From: an uncultured Spirochaetota bacterium
Lineage (GTDB): Bacteria > Spirochaetota > Spirochaetia > SZUA-6 > Fen-1364
Assembly: GCA_963734545.1 (NCBI GenBank)
Contig: CAVTHO010000010.1
Span: forward strand, 96,001-160,000
DNA: 64,000 bases
Reading direction: 5' to 3'
In this document: piece after piece, positions 63,052 through 64,000 of the stretch
Layout of the letters: each line of letters begins with the position of its first letter
How positions within the stretch are numbered: position 1 is the stretch's first letter
The notes under the pieces: generated by a model
Databases searched by the model: none
What the model was told of the DNA's origin: nothing
Seen by the model: the letters and a program-made list of their open reading frames with translations, nothing else
Made by a program: the position numbers and the translations under genes

Positions 63052-64000
63052 CGAAAGCGAAGTTCAAGGTCTACATCAGTGACTACGACTACCCGGACAA
63101 CGAGATCGAGAAGTCGATCCTCGAGCCCATCGGAGCCGAGGTGATCGGGCTGCAGTGCAGGACGGGTGAAGGGCTTGCCGATCTGGCGGCCGACGCGAAC
63201 GCCATCCTCCAGCAGTACGCCAGGATCCCGCGCTCCACCATCGAGAAGCTGAAAGTCTGCAAGGCCATCTGCCGCTATGGAACGGGAGTGGACATCGTCG
63301 ACGTGGAGGCGGCCTACGAGCACGGCATGGTCGTGACCAACGTGCCGGATTACGCCATCGACGAGGTTGCCGACCACTCGATCACCCTCGCTCTGATGCT
63401 GATCCGCCGGATCCCCTGGTATGCGGAGGCCACGCGCGCCGGCCGCTGGCACTGGAGCGAGTCGCGGGGGCCGATCCAGAGGCTGCGTGACTCCACCTGG
63501 GGCCTCATCGGGTTCGGCCGCATCGCGCAGAACATCGCCCGCAAGGTGCGGGCGTTCAACTTCTCCCTCATCGCCTCTGATCCCTACGTGTCGGCAGGAT
63601 TCATGGCCACATACGGCGTGGAGAAGGTGGACTTCGAGACCCTCCTCGCCCGTTCCGAGGTCGTGGACGTCATGTGCCCGTACACCCCGGAAACGGAGCA
63701 CCTGATCAACGAGCAGGCCCTGAGGAAGATGAAGAAATCAGCAGTCCTGATCGACTGCTCCCGGGGGAAGATCGTGGACGATCGGGCGCTGTATCGCGCC
63801 CTGTCGGAGGGGTGGATCGCGTCAGCGGGCCTGGACGATACCGAAGAGGAGCCCGCGAAGCTGGATCATTGGGACCCGGCGGACAATCCCCTGTTTTCCC
63901 TGCAGAACTGCATCATCACTCCGCATGTCGCCTACGTGTCGGAGGGATCGCTCCACGAATGCCGTCACGTCGCGGCGGAGAACGCGAAAGCTGTGCTGCT
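63048..64000 (+). CDS. D-isomer-specific 2-hydroxyacid dehydrogenase (3' end beyond the window; absent from the ORF track)
   Basis: GTG overlapping the permease stop; RYGTGVDIVD, NVPDY, EVADH, GLIGFGRIA, SRGKIVD, AGLD, TPHVAY. Confidence 0.93.
   Translation, partial: MTKAKFKVYISDYDYPDNEIEKSILEPIGAEVIGLQCRTGEGLADLAADANAILQQYARIPRSTIEKLKVCKAICRYGTGVDIVDVEAAYEHGMVVTNVPDYAIDEVADHSITLALMLIRRIPWYAEATRAGRWHWSESRGPIQRLRDSTWGLIGFGRIAQNIARKVRAFNFSLIASDPYVSAGFMATYGVEKVDFETLLARSEVVDVMCPYTPETEHLINEQALRKMKKSAVLIDCSRGKIVDDRALYRALSEGWIASAGLDDTEEEPAKLDHWDPADNPLFSLQNCIITPHVAYVSEGSLHECRHVAAENAKAVL

Overview
High-GC bacterial DNA; solute-binding-protein leaders such as 'AFASGGGE' hint at a Spirochaetia-like host (inference). 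Nearly half the window (about 1-29.5 kb, minus strand) is one giant LEPRxLL-type secreted/surface protein gene, most of which is missing from the ORF track because it runs off the window edge. It has at least 8,858 uninterrupted codons plus a 986-aa N-terminal ORF separated by a +1 frameshift, at least ~9,850 aa in total. It carries a degenerate HExxH module, a peptidoglycan-binding-like domain, a two-copy macro-duplication with differently expanded Leu-rich micro-repeat arrays, central RTX repeats and about 11 flagellin-IN-like repeats. Next come a WYL regulator with a divergent 73-aa ORF and a LacI-associated sugar operon. That operon holds a CUT1 ABC transporter, a URO-D-like enzyme, a D-lyxose isomerase, an APH-like kinase and FOUR paralogues of an uncharacterised ~450-aa Cys/His-motif protein; it is the best candidate for an undescribed pathway. 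The remainder is carbohydrate catabolism: an epimerase-dehydrogenase fusion, GH78, GH43, and an IclR/KdgR-like regulon with lactonase, aldolase, CUT2 ABC and 2-hydroxyacid dehydrogenase. There is also a LuxR/serine-hydrolase pair with a twin operator, and two rearrangement scars (an orphan RTX fragment and a half-inverted receiver domain). No rRNA, tRNA, CRISPR array or transposase was seen. All protein assignments are from motif recognition by eye; no searches were run.
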